This document shows positions 17,375-26,956 of a stretch of DNA of 32,000 nucleotides, one piece after another; the stretch's first letter is position 1; every line of letters begins with the position of its first letter. This DNA is from Promethearchaeota archaeon (GTDB lineage Archaea > Asgardarchaeota > Lokiarchaeia > Sigyniarchaeales > Promethearchaeaceae): NCBI GenBank assembly GCA_016933055.1, contig JAFGBS010000027.1, positions 111,072-143,071 on the forward strand, read 5' to 3'. The translations under genes were made by a program, and so were the position numbers. Under the pieces are notes generated by a model. The model was not told where the DNA came from. It saw only the letters and a program-made list of their open reading frames with translations, and did no database searches.

Positions 17375-18127
17375 ATGACTATTACAACCCAAGATTACGA
17401 ATTTTTAACTAAGAAGTTTGACCAATTAAAAAATTATGTAGAATTACAAGATTTTCGTACCTTCCTTTTATTCAATTTAATTGATGAATCTGAAACCATG
17501 ATTCAGAAATTAATGGAGGGAGGAAGCTCAATGCGCACCTTGCTCTATGATCAGAAGGGAGCATATATCTATGAATATGCACTGACGAAAGGACGCCTAG
17601 TTTTTTATGTAAAGTCTTCAGCGGTAGCAGATGATATCACAGTATTGGATCGAGATAAAAATAAGGATTTTTTCAGTCAATATCTAAGTAAATTTGAACA
17701 AGATAGACTTTTTACTAAACAAGAAAACAAAATTGGAATTGTCCGATTATCGAGTAAAATGGTGGAGGTAGATGAGAAAAATGATATCTTTCCCAAATTT
17801 GAGGTTACTCGGATATATGATGACTTTCTCTCTTTTCTGTTTGATATAGGTAAATCAAAGTATGTTTTTGTTCTTCATGGCGGAAAAAAAGAACCTAATG
17901 TGATTTTTGCAATATCCATTTTGTTGTCCAACGCTTTAAATCAAGAATTTGTAGCTGTCCAAGCTTATATCGATAGAGATAAGGAATGCACGGGGCAATT
18001 CCTCAAGGTAAATAGTCAGGAGTTTACCTATGAGCACGCTGATGAAATTAAAGAATCTACCCATTCAGATATGTATCACAATCAATACCTCTTGATGGTT
18101 CATATTAAGTCGCTTAAGCCTTATTAA
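17375..18127 (+). CDS. Hypothetical protein (250 aa)
   Basis: Long ORF with normal protein composition. No motif recognised. Confidence 0.65.
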   Translation: MTITTQDYEFLTKKFDQLKNYVELQDFRTFLLFNLIDESETMIQKLMEGGSSMRTLLYDQKGAYIYEYALTKGRLVFYVKSSAVADDITVLDRDKNKDFFSQYLSKFEQDRLFTKQENKIGIVRLSSKMVEVDEKNDIFPKFEVTRIYDDFLSFLFDIGKSKYVFVLHGGKKEPNVIFAISILLSNALNQEFVAVQAYIDRDKECTGQFLKVNSQEFTYEHADEIKESTHSDMYHNQYLLMVHIKSLKPY

Positions 18128-18203
18128 GTCTGAGCAAAGTTATTTACCTTATTTTTCTTATTTTGTTTGTATAAATAAACCGGTTCTCGATGGATGGGAG
18201 AAA

Positions 18204-19415
18204 ATGTCATTCAAGCAAGAAGATGAGTATCGAAAATGTCCCTATTGTGGATATATCATGAGCAAACCATTTCCAGATATTTGCCCTAACCCCGTTTGCT
18301 TACGGAAAATTGACAGTATATCCAAGGATACTTTCAGTGAAAATATTCAAGCACAAAATATTCAAACCAAAATAAAACGGATGTTCGAACCTACAGATAT
18401 AGGGATAGAAACAGAAAAACCTATGGACATTCAGCAAATAAAAGTTAGCACAGCGAGCGCAGATAAGATAACAGGCGTATCCAAAAAAAAAAAGAACACA
18501 CTAGCCAATCTAAATGAGGATGTTATTATTATTCCGACTTTGGGTCAATATTTTAAAAATATAGGAATCGTAAAAGAGGATCGCGAACCCATTTATAACA
18601 GAAATCCCGAGTTCTCCTATCTGCAAGAACTATCCATAAATTTGGATTATATAGCTAGCAGTATCATTGGTGGGGAGATTGATAGGTTACTACTTCGTTC
18701 GGATTTAAGCCAAGCATTAGAAAAAGTACTATACATAAAGAAAAACGGTTTGATTTACTTTCTTTATGGGCAATTTCCCGATAAGCAAGGTACTTGGATT
18801 TTGAATGAAATGAGAACAGAATTATTTAGTAGCTTAATGGGGCGCAACCTTAATCAGCTAACTCCAGTTGATTGGCATAATATTAAATTAAGATTTCCTG
18901 CAAAAATTGCGTTTATATTGGAGCGATATGCGAAAACTGCTTCGGAAGTGATGACAGATCGTCAGATCCCTAGTGTTGTGGACACAATACGGTTTGATTA
19001 CTTTGGTATGAGCTACCAATCGATAGGAACAATTTCAAAATTATTGGGTGATGAATTCATAAAAATAGAAATTGGGGAGGACGCACAAGCATCGATAGAT
19101 CTAAAAGAATCAGAAATAACTGCGAAAATTGAAGCTATTGCAGCAAATACAATTGCAAATACAAAAGCAACCCCTCAATATCTTACCGTTAAATTGGGGT
19201 ATCAAAAGTATCGATATCTTCTATTTGAAAAACTAGAAAACGAATATTTCATTTATATGCTTGCAGAGGGTAATTTAGAGAAATATAAATCAGTTTTACC
19301 AACTATCATAGAAATAATTGAACCATATACGCATAAACCATTTCGGGGTGATCTCAGACCCTTTATAGAATTAAAGAAACAAATCACAGATTTTTTCCAG
19401 ATTCGCACTTTCTAG
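18204..19415 (+). CDS. N-terminal zinc ribbon plus putative tandem longin/roadblock-like domains
   Basis: CPYC-x11-CPNPVC at the N-terminus, a charged linker, then two alpha/beta modules, the second ending YIYMLAEG...YTHKPFRGDLRPFIELKKQI-like (FxGDxxxF pattern of Asgard longin-like domains). The fold call is pattern-based. Confidence 0.5.
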   Translation: MSFKQEDEYRKCPYCGYIMSKPFPDICPNPVCLRKIDSISKDTFSENIQAQNIQTKIKRMFEPTDIGIETEKPMDIQQIKVSTASADKITGVSKKKKNTLANLNEDVIIIPTLGQYFKNIGIVKEDREPIYNRNPEFSYLQELSINLDYIASSIIGGEIDRLLLRSDLSQALEKVLYIKKNGLIYFLYGQFPDKQGTWILNEMRTELFSSLMGRNLNQLTPVDWHNIKLRFPAKIAFILERYAKTASEVMTDRQIPSVVDTIRFDYFGMSYQSIGTISKLLGDEFIKIEIGEDAQASIDLKESEITAKIEAIAANTIANTKATPQYLTVKLGYQKYRYLLFEKLENEYFIYMLAEGNLEKYKSVLPTIIEIIEPYTHKPFRGDLRPFIELKKQITDFFQIRTF

Positions 19416-19438
19416 ATATTAATTTTTTTCCACAGTAA

Positions 19439-20113
19439 TTATTTTTCGTGATTAGTACTATTTCTCTCATATTGAAAAGAAAATATGAACAATGTAATCG
19501 CCAAAAATAATGCGTATTTACACATAATACTTTCCAATGCCTCAACGGCAGAGAAATTTATGATTATCGTAATGGCCATTGGTAACAGAAAGGAGAAATA
19601 GCCGATCAAGACATAAATTGCTTTTCGGTTTAATTGCTTTGGATTCTCTTTTGTGTCCCGCACCCAAGCGATGATGATTAAAATAAATGCCCAAAAAATA
19701 TACCCGAAATAAAAAAACCCATATAGATTTCCAAGGGGATAATTATAAATTGCATAAAAGGGATTGCATGTCTGGAGTGAGAAAGCATCCGGTACTATAC
19801 TATAATAAATAGATAGTGCAATTCCTGCCACAATTCCTGACCAGTTAATCCAATGCCGCAATTTACAAACAGAGGATATTAATAGAATACCAAGGGGAGG
19901 AAGAAATGTAATTACAATAAGACCAAATCTTCCGATAATGTTAGGATCAATTCCAATACACATTAAAAACTCCATAAGCTGATACATTTGGAGGAACAGC
20001 ATTAAAAGAACAATCCACCAAAATTGGGGATGCTTTTTGTTTTTTATAAAGATCGCAATCAAGAAAGTAAACTCGATGATAAATAAAATTAAAGAAAAAA
20101 GGCCGGGTAGCAT
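19439..20113 (-). CDS. Stand-alone 7TM membrane protein resembling the HisKA_7TM sensor domain
   Basis: About seven hydrophobic segments with LQMYQLMEFL...C and FLPP motifs, and no kinase domain. Confidence 0.55.
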   Translation of the reverse strand: MLPGLFSLILFIIEFTFLIAIFIKNKKHPQFWWIVLLMLFLQMYQLMEFLMCIGIDPNIIGRFGLIVITFLPPLGILLISSVCKLRHWINWSGIVAGIALSIYYSIVPDAFSLQTCNPFYAIYNYPLGNLYGFFYFGYIFWAFILIIIAWVRDTKENPKQLNRKAIYVLIGYFSFLLPMAITIIINFSAVEALESIMCKYALFLAITLFIFSFQYERNSTNHEK

Positions 20114-20141
20114 AATGAATTTCTATCCTCGCCAATAAGCA

Positions 20142-20477
20142 TTATTCGAAATTGGATTCATCTTCATCTTGGTCTTGTCGCTTATCACTCATATTTTTTT
20201 GCCATTGTTTTTTGGCATTTTCCTTTTCATCATCCTGAGGTTCAGACCAAGCTGTAACCACCCAATTATAGGTCTCTTTTTCTTCATCTTCTTCCTTTTT
20301 CACATATATACCAAGTGCTTTAATCTCATCTTTTTTCTCCCGCCACAAATCCCAAAATTGAGGAGTAGGACTCCCATTTCTTACTTTCATATAATCTTCT
20401 TTGGATTTTACAAACACAATGCGTCCATCTCCAGTCCATTTTACATGTTTTTCTACATCTTCTCTTCTCAATGCCAT
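20142..20477 (-). CDS. Small charged, Trp-rich hypothetical protein (111 aa)
   Basis: Core SPTPQFWDLWREKKDEIKALGIYVKK...NWVVTAW and an acidic tail. It fits without overlap between two minus-strand genes. Confidence 0.65.
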   Translation of the reverse strand: MALRREDVEKHVKWTGDGRIVFVKSKEDYMKVRNGSPTPQFWDLWREKKDEIKALGIYVKKEEDEEKETYNWVVTAWSEPQDDEKENAKKQWQKNMSDKRQDQDEDESNFE

Positions 20478-20552
20478 ATGGAAAAATCATCTCATGTCTA
20501 ATAAAAAACTTATGAGAAATCTAAACTGAAAGTTTTCAGACTTAACAGTTAT

Positions 20553-21686
20553 TTAAATTATCGCTAGTAAAGCAGTTATTATAATCACCAATCCCGAGAT
20601 TAATCGTAAATATGGTCGCGCTTTCACTCGAAACGTACTTATTTTTTCATTCGATATCCCAATTCTTAATATTCCGAAAATTGTGATAATGGGAACTAGA
20701 ACACCGATGGAAAATAATAATAATGCAGTCATTACCCTACCAGGTACATACAATCCCACTTGATTAATGGAAAATAACAAACTGAGTAAAATCCCCCCTA
20801 TACAAGGGCTTTTTAGGATTGTAAAAGCAGATCCTAATAAAAATGAAGAGAACATAGAATTTTCCTCACTTAAATTTTTGAAAAATTTCTTTAATTTCTC
20901 TGGTGTGCGAAATAATCGAGAATTTTCATTCCATGCATCTATACATTGCCATAAACCTAATAAAATCAAAGGGATACCCAATACTAGTTTAAGAGTCAAT
21001 CCTGAGAGTAACATAGATGCAACGTCCATAAAATAGGTAAACAGAAAACCGATAATAAAATACATAATTAGTACACCCAAGGAGAAACCAACTAAACTAA
21101 AAAGAAAATACTTTTTTGATTGGTTCGCAAGAAGGGAGGTGCCAAATACACCTGTTATTAAGATAACGCATGGAGATAACCCAGATAATAAACCTGTTAT
21201 TAATGGAATCCAAATATTATATTCCCTATAATACATCCATTCCTCACAAGATAGTGGATTATCAATCAAATATGAATATATATTTTCGAGATTCTTAGAC
21301 GTGATGAATTGTCCATTAATATAATATTTACACGGGGTTATCTCAATTACGACACTTGGCCAAGATAGATACTCAGTATTCAGATAGGATTCTGCAGCTT
21401 CCTTTTGAGTAGAATTTGAAATATCGTATTCGATATATTGAATTTCAGGGTGAGTGTTTAAAAAATCCAATACCTCTTGGTGAGCATCGATACAAATGCC
21501 ACATAAAGGATGAAAAAAGTAATGAAGCGATATGTTTTCCTGTAAATATGTAGAACTATGAATTGATGAGTGAACAAAATTTCTTTTTAATCCTGAAGTT
21601 GAATAGACACTACATATCGTAAGGCATGATGAAAAAACAATTAATGCGCCAAACAGGAGTAATTTCCACTCATTTCGGATTCTCAT
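20553..21686 (-). CDS. ccdA: Thioredoxin-like domain fused to a CcdA/DsbD transmembrane electron-transfer domain
   Basis: N-terminal membrane/signal segment, HPLCGIC (CxxC), then about six TM helices carrying the two conserved Cys (GLSPCV and LKSPCIG). Confidence 0.8.
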   Translation of the reverse strand: MRIRNEWKLLLFGALIVFSSCLTICSVYSTSGLKRNFVHSSIHSSTYLQENISLHYFFHPLCGICIDAHQEVLDFLNTHPEIQYIEYDISNSTQKEAAESYLNTEYLSWPSVVIEITPCKYYINGQFITSKNLENIYSYLIDNPLSCEEWMYYREYNIWIPLITGLLSGLSPCVILITGVFGTSLLANQSKKYFLFSLVGFSLGVLIMYFIIGFLFTYFMDVASMLLSGLTLKLVLGIPLILLGLWQCIDAWNENSRLFRTPEKLKKFFKNLSEENSMFSSFLLGSAFTILKSPCIGGILLSLLFSINQVGLYVPGRVMTALLLFSIGVLVPIITIFGILRIGISNEKISTFRVKARPYLRLISGLVIIITALLAII

Positions 21687-21795
21687 TTTGATCTCTTGTT
21701 ATTATTCATAGATGTTCTATAAAGATATATTGACATCGGAAGATTCAAATTTATCTAGAGTAACTTTTATACACATCCGATAGACGTGATGAATT

Positions 21796-22773
21796 ATGGG
21801 AAAATATAAAATACTAGTTGCCGATAGTTTAGCAAAAGAGGGTATCGAAGAATTACAGATGCATCCGGAATTCGAAGTTACTGTAAACACTAAACATACA
21901 ACTGAAGAATTGATCAAACTAATTCCCCCTTTTCATGCTGTTATTGTTAGAAGCGCCACGAAATTAACTTCAGAGGTTTTACAAGCTGCTGAAAACTTAA
22001 AAGTGGTAGCTCGAGCGGGAACAGGATTTGATAATATCGACGTGGATACATGTTCCAAATTAGGTATAATTGTCATGATTACTCCTATGGGAAACTCACT
22101 AGCAGTGGCAGAACTCACTTTCGGATTTATGCTAGATTTTGCTCGGAGTATCTCTCTTGCTCGACAATCGATGATTGAAGGTCGATGGGACAAGAGTAAA
22201 TTTAAAGGAACCGAATTAGCAGGAAAAACTTTGGGAATTTTGGGTTTGGGAAGAATTGGAGCCTTAGTTGCAAAACGTGCTATAGCTTTTGATATGAATG
22301 TAATTGCTTTTGATAAATATATCACGAAGGTGAGAGCGGAACAATTTGGTGCTACTTTGCTTGAAGATTTTGATACATTTCTAAGCACAGCAGATTATAT
22401 CAGCATTCATGTACCCCTCACTTCCGAAACTGAAAATATGATCGATACACCACAATTCGAGATCATGAAACCCACAAGTTGTATTATAAATATCTCACGT
22501 GGAGGGATTGTTAATGAACAATCCCTTGTCACTGCCTTGAAAGAAAGAAAAATCGGTGGTGCTTGTATTGATGTATTCTCCAAGGAACCTGCAATACCTG
22601 AGGAATTTCCGTTCATACGATTACCAAATTGTATTACGACACCTCATTTAGGGGCCTCTACAGAAGAAGCCCAGATAAAAGTCGGCACAATTGCTGCAGA
22701 TCATATTGCTCAAGCTCTTCTCGAGAAAAAATTTCCCGATGCAGTGAATCTAAAACAAGTTCGCATCACATAG
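21796..22773 (+). CDS. serA: D-3-phosphoglycerate dehydrogenase, short form without an ACT domain
   Basis: VRSATK, ARAGTGFDNID, GILGLGRIG, INISRGGIV, DVFSKEP and TPHLGASTEEAQ motifs; 325 aa. Confidence 0.85.
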   Translation: MGKYKILVADSLAKEGIEELQMHPEFEVTVNTKHTTEELIKLIPPFHAVIVRSATKLTSEVLQAAENLKVVARAGTGFDNIDVDTCSKLGIIVMITPMGNSLAVAELTFGFMLDFARSISLARQSMIEGRWDKSKFKGTELAGKTLGILGLGRIGALVAKRAIAFDMNVIAFDKYITKVRAEQFGATLLEDFDTFLSTADYISIHVPLTSETENMIDTPQFEIMKPTSCIINISRGGIVNEQSLVTALKERKIGGACIDVFSKEPAIPEEFPFIRLPNCITTPHLGASTEEAQIKVGTIAADHIAQALLEKKFPDAVNLKQVRIT

Positions 22774-22833
22774 TAACAAACAAAAATATTAACCACTAAT
22801 TCTCCTATTTTTTTCCAACGATTTTATGAAATC

Positions 22834-23454
22834 TTGGTGAGACAGGTGCTATTAATCAATCAATTTAAAAGTCAAATTTTGATTTTTGAGGTGTACAAAA
22901 AATTTTCTGCGGGTTATGAGGATCTTTATCTGTGGACTCGGGCCAGTGCTTCTAAATCTAGATTCACAATAGATGTATTGAAAGCAAAGGAACTTGCCCG
23001 TAAGGATGGTATCTTTTATCACATCGAGCATCAAGACCGAAAACTATGTTTCTTTTTGTTTGAAAAAATGTTATATTTAGTGGGTTCTGAAAACGATGTG
23101 CAATTTCAATTGTTGGAAGCGATAATTGAGGAAACCTCGCAGGAATTCTTTGCTTTTTACAAAAATAAATTGGAGCATTATGAAGGCGGATTTATCTCTG
23201 ATTATAAAGACTTTGATAACCGATTTCTTTATATTATTGGAGACTTAAAACACATTGTGACGGTTGTGATTGCACCATGCGCAGTCTGTGGTAAATCAAT
23301 CGGAATTATTGCTAAAAATTCCCTCATTAATCGTTTCCCCGAACAGCGGATTCCGGTTCCCTTGGTATTCACTCATCAAGGACATTCCTTACTTATTTAT
23401 TTAGATAAACAGTTTAACGTACGAGGATCTGAGATTGTAGATATCTCATCATAG
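22834..23454 (+). CDS. Putative longin-like domain fused to a C-terminal Cys2/His2 module
   Basis: TTG or GTG start. N-terminal longin-like strand/helix order ending EFFAFYKNKLEHYEGGFISDYKDF. C-terminal CAVC...VFTHQGHSLLIYLDKQFNVRG. Confidence 0.5.
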   Translation: MVRQVLLINQFKSQILIFEVYKKFSAGYEDLYLWTRASASKSRFTIDVLKAKELARKDGIFYHIEHQDRKLCFFLFEKMLYLVGSENDVQFQLLEAIIEETSQEFFAFYKNKLEHYEGGFISDYKDFDNRFLYIIGDLKHIVTVVIAPCAVCGKSIGIIAKNSLINRFPEQRIPVPLVFTHQGHSLLIYLDKQFNVRGSEIVDISS

Positions 23455-23494
23455 TGGATAAACCTTTTTTTCTCACCCTCTTATATCTGTACCT

Positions 23495-24610
23495 ATGACA
23501 TATGACAATTTTGATCCCGATGGGCAAAAAATTAAGTTATTCACTCCGGGTCCTGTGCAGGTTCCTGATTGGATATTAACCGAGTTAGCCAAACCTAATG
23601 ATACTCATCGGAGTAATCCCTATCGTGAATTACACGCGCTGGTACGAGCTAAGATGCAAAAATTATTGCATACCCATAATGATGTTTTCTTTTGGACTAA
23701 TTCCGGAACAGGAGTGATGGAAGCATGCATTTGGAACCTGATCGGTCCTGATGATAAAGCAATATTCTTTCCTTGCGGAGCTTTTGGAGAACGATGGGCA
23801 AAAACTGCGGAACAATGCGGCAAAGGAGATAATTCAGTAATAGTGAATGTAGAATGGGGTAAGGGGGTTTCTGCAGAGTTAGTGAAGAAAGAACTAAGTC
23901 AAGATAAGTATGATGTCGTTTTTATGACAATGAACGAAACTTCCACCGGAGTAATGAATCCTATTTGGAAAATTGGACCGATAGTTAAAGAGTATGGAGC
24001 TTTATTATGTGTTGATAGTGTATCATGTATGGCTGGTGTGGATATTAATGTGGATGCATGGGGAATTGATGTAGCATTAGCTTCGACACAAAAATGTTTT
24101 GCGTTACCCCCTGGTTTAGCCATATCTTCAGTTTCTGCAGCTGCACTTGAGAAAGCAAAAACAGTCCCTAATAGAGGTAATTATTTTGATTTCTTAGACA
24201 TGCTGAAAAAATCTCAATCTAATGAAACCCCTTCGACACCTGCAATTCCGTTATTACGTGCTTTAAATACCATGCTGGACTACATCTTGGATGAAGAGGG
24301 TCCGGAAAATCGTTATAAACGACATGCAAGCATGGCAAAATATATAAGAGAGTGGGCCGTTCAGCAAGGATTTGAAATTTTTAGTGAAGAGGGTTATCAT
24401 TCCAATACCGTCGTTACCATAAAAAATAACTTGAACTTAAATACAGCCAAATGGGTAAAAAAAGCAATTGAGCATGGTTACCGATTTGTAGATGGTTATG
24501 GAGATCTCAAGGGGAAGACTTTTCGCATTGCAGCAATGGGTGAGATTTCCATGAATGATGTGAAAGAATTCCTAACACTACTAATGAAACTCTTTGATGA
24601 AGTAAAGTGA
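23495..24610 (+). CDS. Class V PLP-dependent aminotransferase (archaeal phosphoserine or serine-glyoxylate aminotransferase type)
   Basis: LFTPGP, NETSTG, VDSVS and PLP-lysine motif ASTQKCFALPPGL. Proximity to serA suggests a SerC role. Confidence 0.88.
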   Translation: MTYDNFDPDGQKIKLFTPGPVQVPDWILTELAKPNDTHRSNPYRELHALVRAKMQKLLHTHNDVFFWTNSGTGVMEACIWNLIGPDDKAIFFPCGAFGERWAKTAEQCGKGDNSVIVNVEWGKGVSAELVKKELSQDKYDVVFMTMNETSTGVMNPIWKIGPIVKEYGALLCVDSVSCMAGVDINVDAWGIDVALASTQKCFALPPGLAISSVSAAALEKAKTVPNRGNYFDFLDMLKKSQSNETPSTPAIPLLRALNTMLDYILDEEGPENRYKRHASMAKYIREWAVQQGFEIFSEEGYHSNTVVTIKNNLNLNTAKWVKKAIEHGYRFVDGYGDLKGKTFRIAAMGEISMNDVKEFLTLLMKLFDEVK

Positions 24611-24690
24611 AATTGTCTTATTCCATCCATTTTATTTTTTAAGAGTCATCACTTATTTTACTCGGACTTTATTCTTTTTATATGAATTTT

Positions 24691-24695
24691 GGTGA
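24691..24695 (+). promoter_or_regulatory. Shine-Dalgarno-like GGTGA upstream of the EF-2 paralog
   Basis: GGTGA-TAAGC-ATG supports a start at 24701. Confidence 0.45.
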
Positions 24696-24700
24696 TAAGC

Positions 24701-26956
24701 ATGGGAACTCGACGACATAGTATGGAAGATATACTGGAACTAATGAAAGATCCCGAATCATTGAGATGCGTGGGTTTAGTAGGTCACATTGACCATGGAA
24801 AAACCACTCTTTCAGATTCTCTTCTCGCGGAAGCAGGTTTACTAAACGAATCTCTCGTAGGAGAAGCTCGTGCATTGGATTATCTTGAAGAAGAACAAAG
24901 ACGCGGTATCACCATGAAATCCGCAAATGTGTCTCTGTATTACGAAAAAGGTATTCGAGAAAAACCATTTTTAATTAATCTGGTGGATACACCAGGTCAT
25001 CTAGATTTTAGTGGAAAAGTTACTCGAGCATTGCGTTTGATAGACGGAGTTGTTGTCATAGTTGACGCAGTAGAAGAGATTAATTCCCAATCCGAAATCG
25101 TTGTAAAGCAAGCGTTGGAAGAAGCAGTCAAACCAATATTGTTTATTAATAAGATCGATCGGCTTTATCGAGAATTAAAATTAACCAATGAAGAAATAAA
25201 AAATAAACTTAATCATATAATTACTACTTTCAATAGTCTTATTGATAGATTTTCAGACGAAAAATATAAAATTGGATGGAAAGTAAATCCAGAGAACGGC
25301 TCTGTCATTTTTGGTTCTGCATTGCATAAATGGGGTTTTACGATATCTAAAATATTAGCTTATAACTGGACTTTCAAAAATATCTCTGAAAAATACCAGA
25401 ATGATGATTACGAAGATCTTGCTTCCATTTTTCCTGTGTGGGAATCAATTTTATCCGCAATTATTACACACCTCCCAAATCCAAAAGAATCGCAGAAATA
25501 TCGCATAAAAGCAATATGGGATGGAAAATCTGAAAGCGATTTGGGAAAAAGTATGCTGAATTGCGATCCTAATGGTCCGTTAGTTATGTGCATGAGCAAT
25601 ATTAAGTACGACGTTCATGGATTAATCTCTACAGGGCGAGTGTTTTCAGGTACTTTACGAAAAGGAGACAAGGTTTACTTGTTAGATCATGATTCTGAAG
25701 AACGAATCATGAAAGTTGCAATATATATGGGGGCACGCATGGATAACGCGACCGAAATCCCCGCTGGTAATATTGCTGCGGTTGGTGGACTAAAAAAAGT
25801 CAGAAGTGGGGAAACTATTGTTAGTAGCGAGAGTAAAGATGTAATGACCTCTTTCGAAAATGTAAAATATGTTAGTCAACCGGTTGTGACTGTTGCAATT
25901 GAACCTGAAATGCTGAAAAATTTGAATTCACTTCAAGAAAATTTGGATCACCTATTGATTGAAGATCCCAATTTGTTTTACGAAATAAGTAGCGATACAG
26001 GAGAAGTCCTTCTATCTGGATTGGGTCCATTACATTTGGAAGTAGCGGTGAAAGAGTTAGAAGAAAAAGGGATGAATATAACCGTATCGAAACCAATGAG
26101 TGTTTTTAGAGAATCAATCATGAACGAATCTAGTGAAGTAACTGTGAGTTCTTCGGATAATACAATGATTCTAAGCCTTAAAGTAGAGCGAAATGATCTA
26201 AAAACCATCAATTTTCTTAAAAAAATCAAACTCACAGCATATCCTAGTTATACCCAAATAATTACGGCTTTAAAAAAGAATACGAGCCTTAAAAAAAAGG
26301 AAACTAATGGTTATATATTTTCGGACGTTTATGGTAATTTAGTACTAAATGGGACTAACAATATACGATTTGAAGTTTATTCCGGGAGAAAAAAACAAAA
26401 ACAACAATTGGCACAGAATTCTAAACATATAAATCAGCACATGATCCATGTAAAAGATACTTTGATAGGGGAAATGAACACATCCTTTCGAAACATGTTC
26501 TTATCGGGACCATTATGCAGAGAACGTTTAGCAGAATTGAAAATCACTTTAACTAATCTTGAATTGAAAAAACTAGCAGATGAGCATTTCATTGCAGACA
26601 TTACGATTTTGCTCCGTGAAGCGGTTTTTAAAGCTTTGAAACAAACTGGATCGGTTCTATTGGAACCAGTTTATGAATTGATTATACAAGCCCCCCCAGA
26701 TCAAGTGGGGGCGATCACCCCTCTACTAGCACAACATCAAAGCCGAATTACAGAAATAAGCCAAAATGAATATTCAGCGCAGTTACAGTGTTATATGTCT
26801 GTTAGAGAATATATTGATTTTAGTACAGAATTACGATCTAGAACATCAGGGAGAGCATTTTGGCAAACTCATTTTTATTCTTTCGAAGAGGTACCTGAAA
26901 ATATACGAGATACTATTATTACTGAAATAAAATTTAGAAAAGGGATGTTTTATTAA
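24701..26956 (+). CDS. Elongation factor 2 paralog (aEF-2p-like) lacking the diphthamide motif
   Basis: G1 GHIDHGKTT, G2 RGIT, G3 DTPG, G4 NKID and G5 GSA are intact, and domains II-V are recognisable. The canonical HRG and SPNKHN domain IV motifs are replaced by EHFIAD and SSSDNT. Confidence 0.85.
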   Translation: MGTRRHSMEDILELMKDPESLRCVGLVGHIDHGKTTLSDSLLAEAGLLNESLVGEARALDYLEEEQRRGITMKSANVSLYYEKGIREKPFLINLVDTPGHLDFSGKVTRALRLIDGVVVIVDAVEEINSQSEIVVKQALEEAVKPILFINKIDRLYRELKLTNEEIKNKLNHIITTFNSLIDRFSDEKYKIGWKVNPENGSVIFGSALHKWGFTISKILAYNWTFKNISEKYQNDDYEDLASIFPVWESILSAIITHLPNPKESQKYRIKAIWDGKSESDLGKSMLNCDPNGPLVMCMSNIKYDVHGLISTGRVFSGTLRKGDKVYLLDHDSEERIMKVAIYMGARMDNATEIPAGNIAAVGGLKKVRSGETIVSSESKDVMTSFENVKYVSQPVVTVAIEPEMLKNLNSLQENLDHLLIEDPNLFYEISSDTGEVLLSGLGPLHLEVAVKELEEKGMNITVSKPMSVFRESIMNESSEVTVSSSDNTMILSLKVERNDLKTINFLKKIKLTAYPSYTQIITALKKNTSLKKKETNGYIFSDVYGNLVLNGTNNIRFEVYSGRKKQKQQLAQNSKHINQHMIHVKDTLIGEMNTSFRNMFLSGPLCRERLAELKITLTNLELKKLADEHFIADITILLREAVFKALKQTGSVLLEPVYELIIQAPPDQVGAITPLLAQHQSRITEISQNEYSAQLQCYMSVREYIDFSTELRSRTSGRAFWQTHFYSFEEVPENIRDTIITEIKFRKGMFY

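Noticed and set aside
13182-18175. Identical 14-mer TTTGTTTGTATAAA at 13182-13195 and 18162-18175
   Set aside because: It is low-complexity, AT-rich and overlaps probable TATA boxes. A rough estimate gives a non-negligible chance expectation, and orientation relative to the genes differs.
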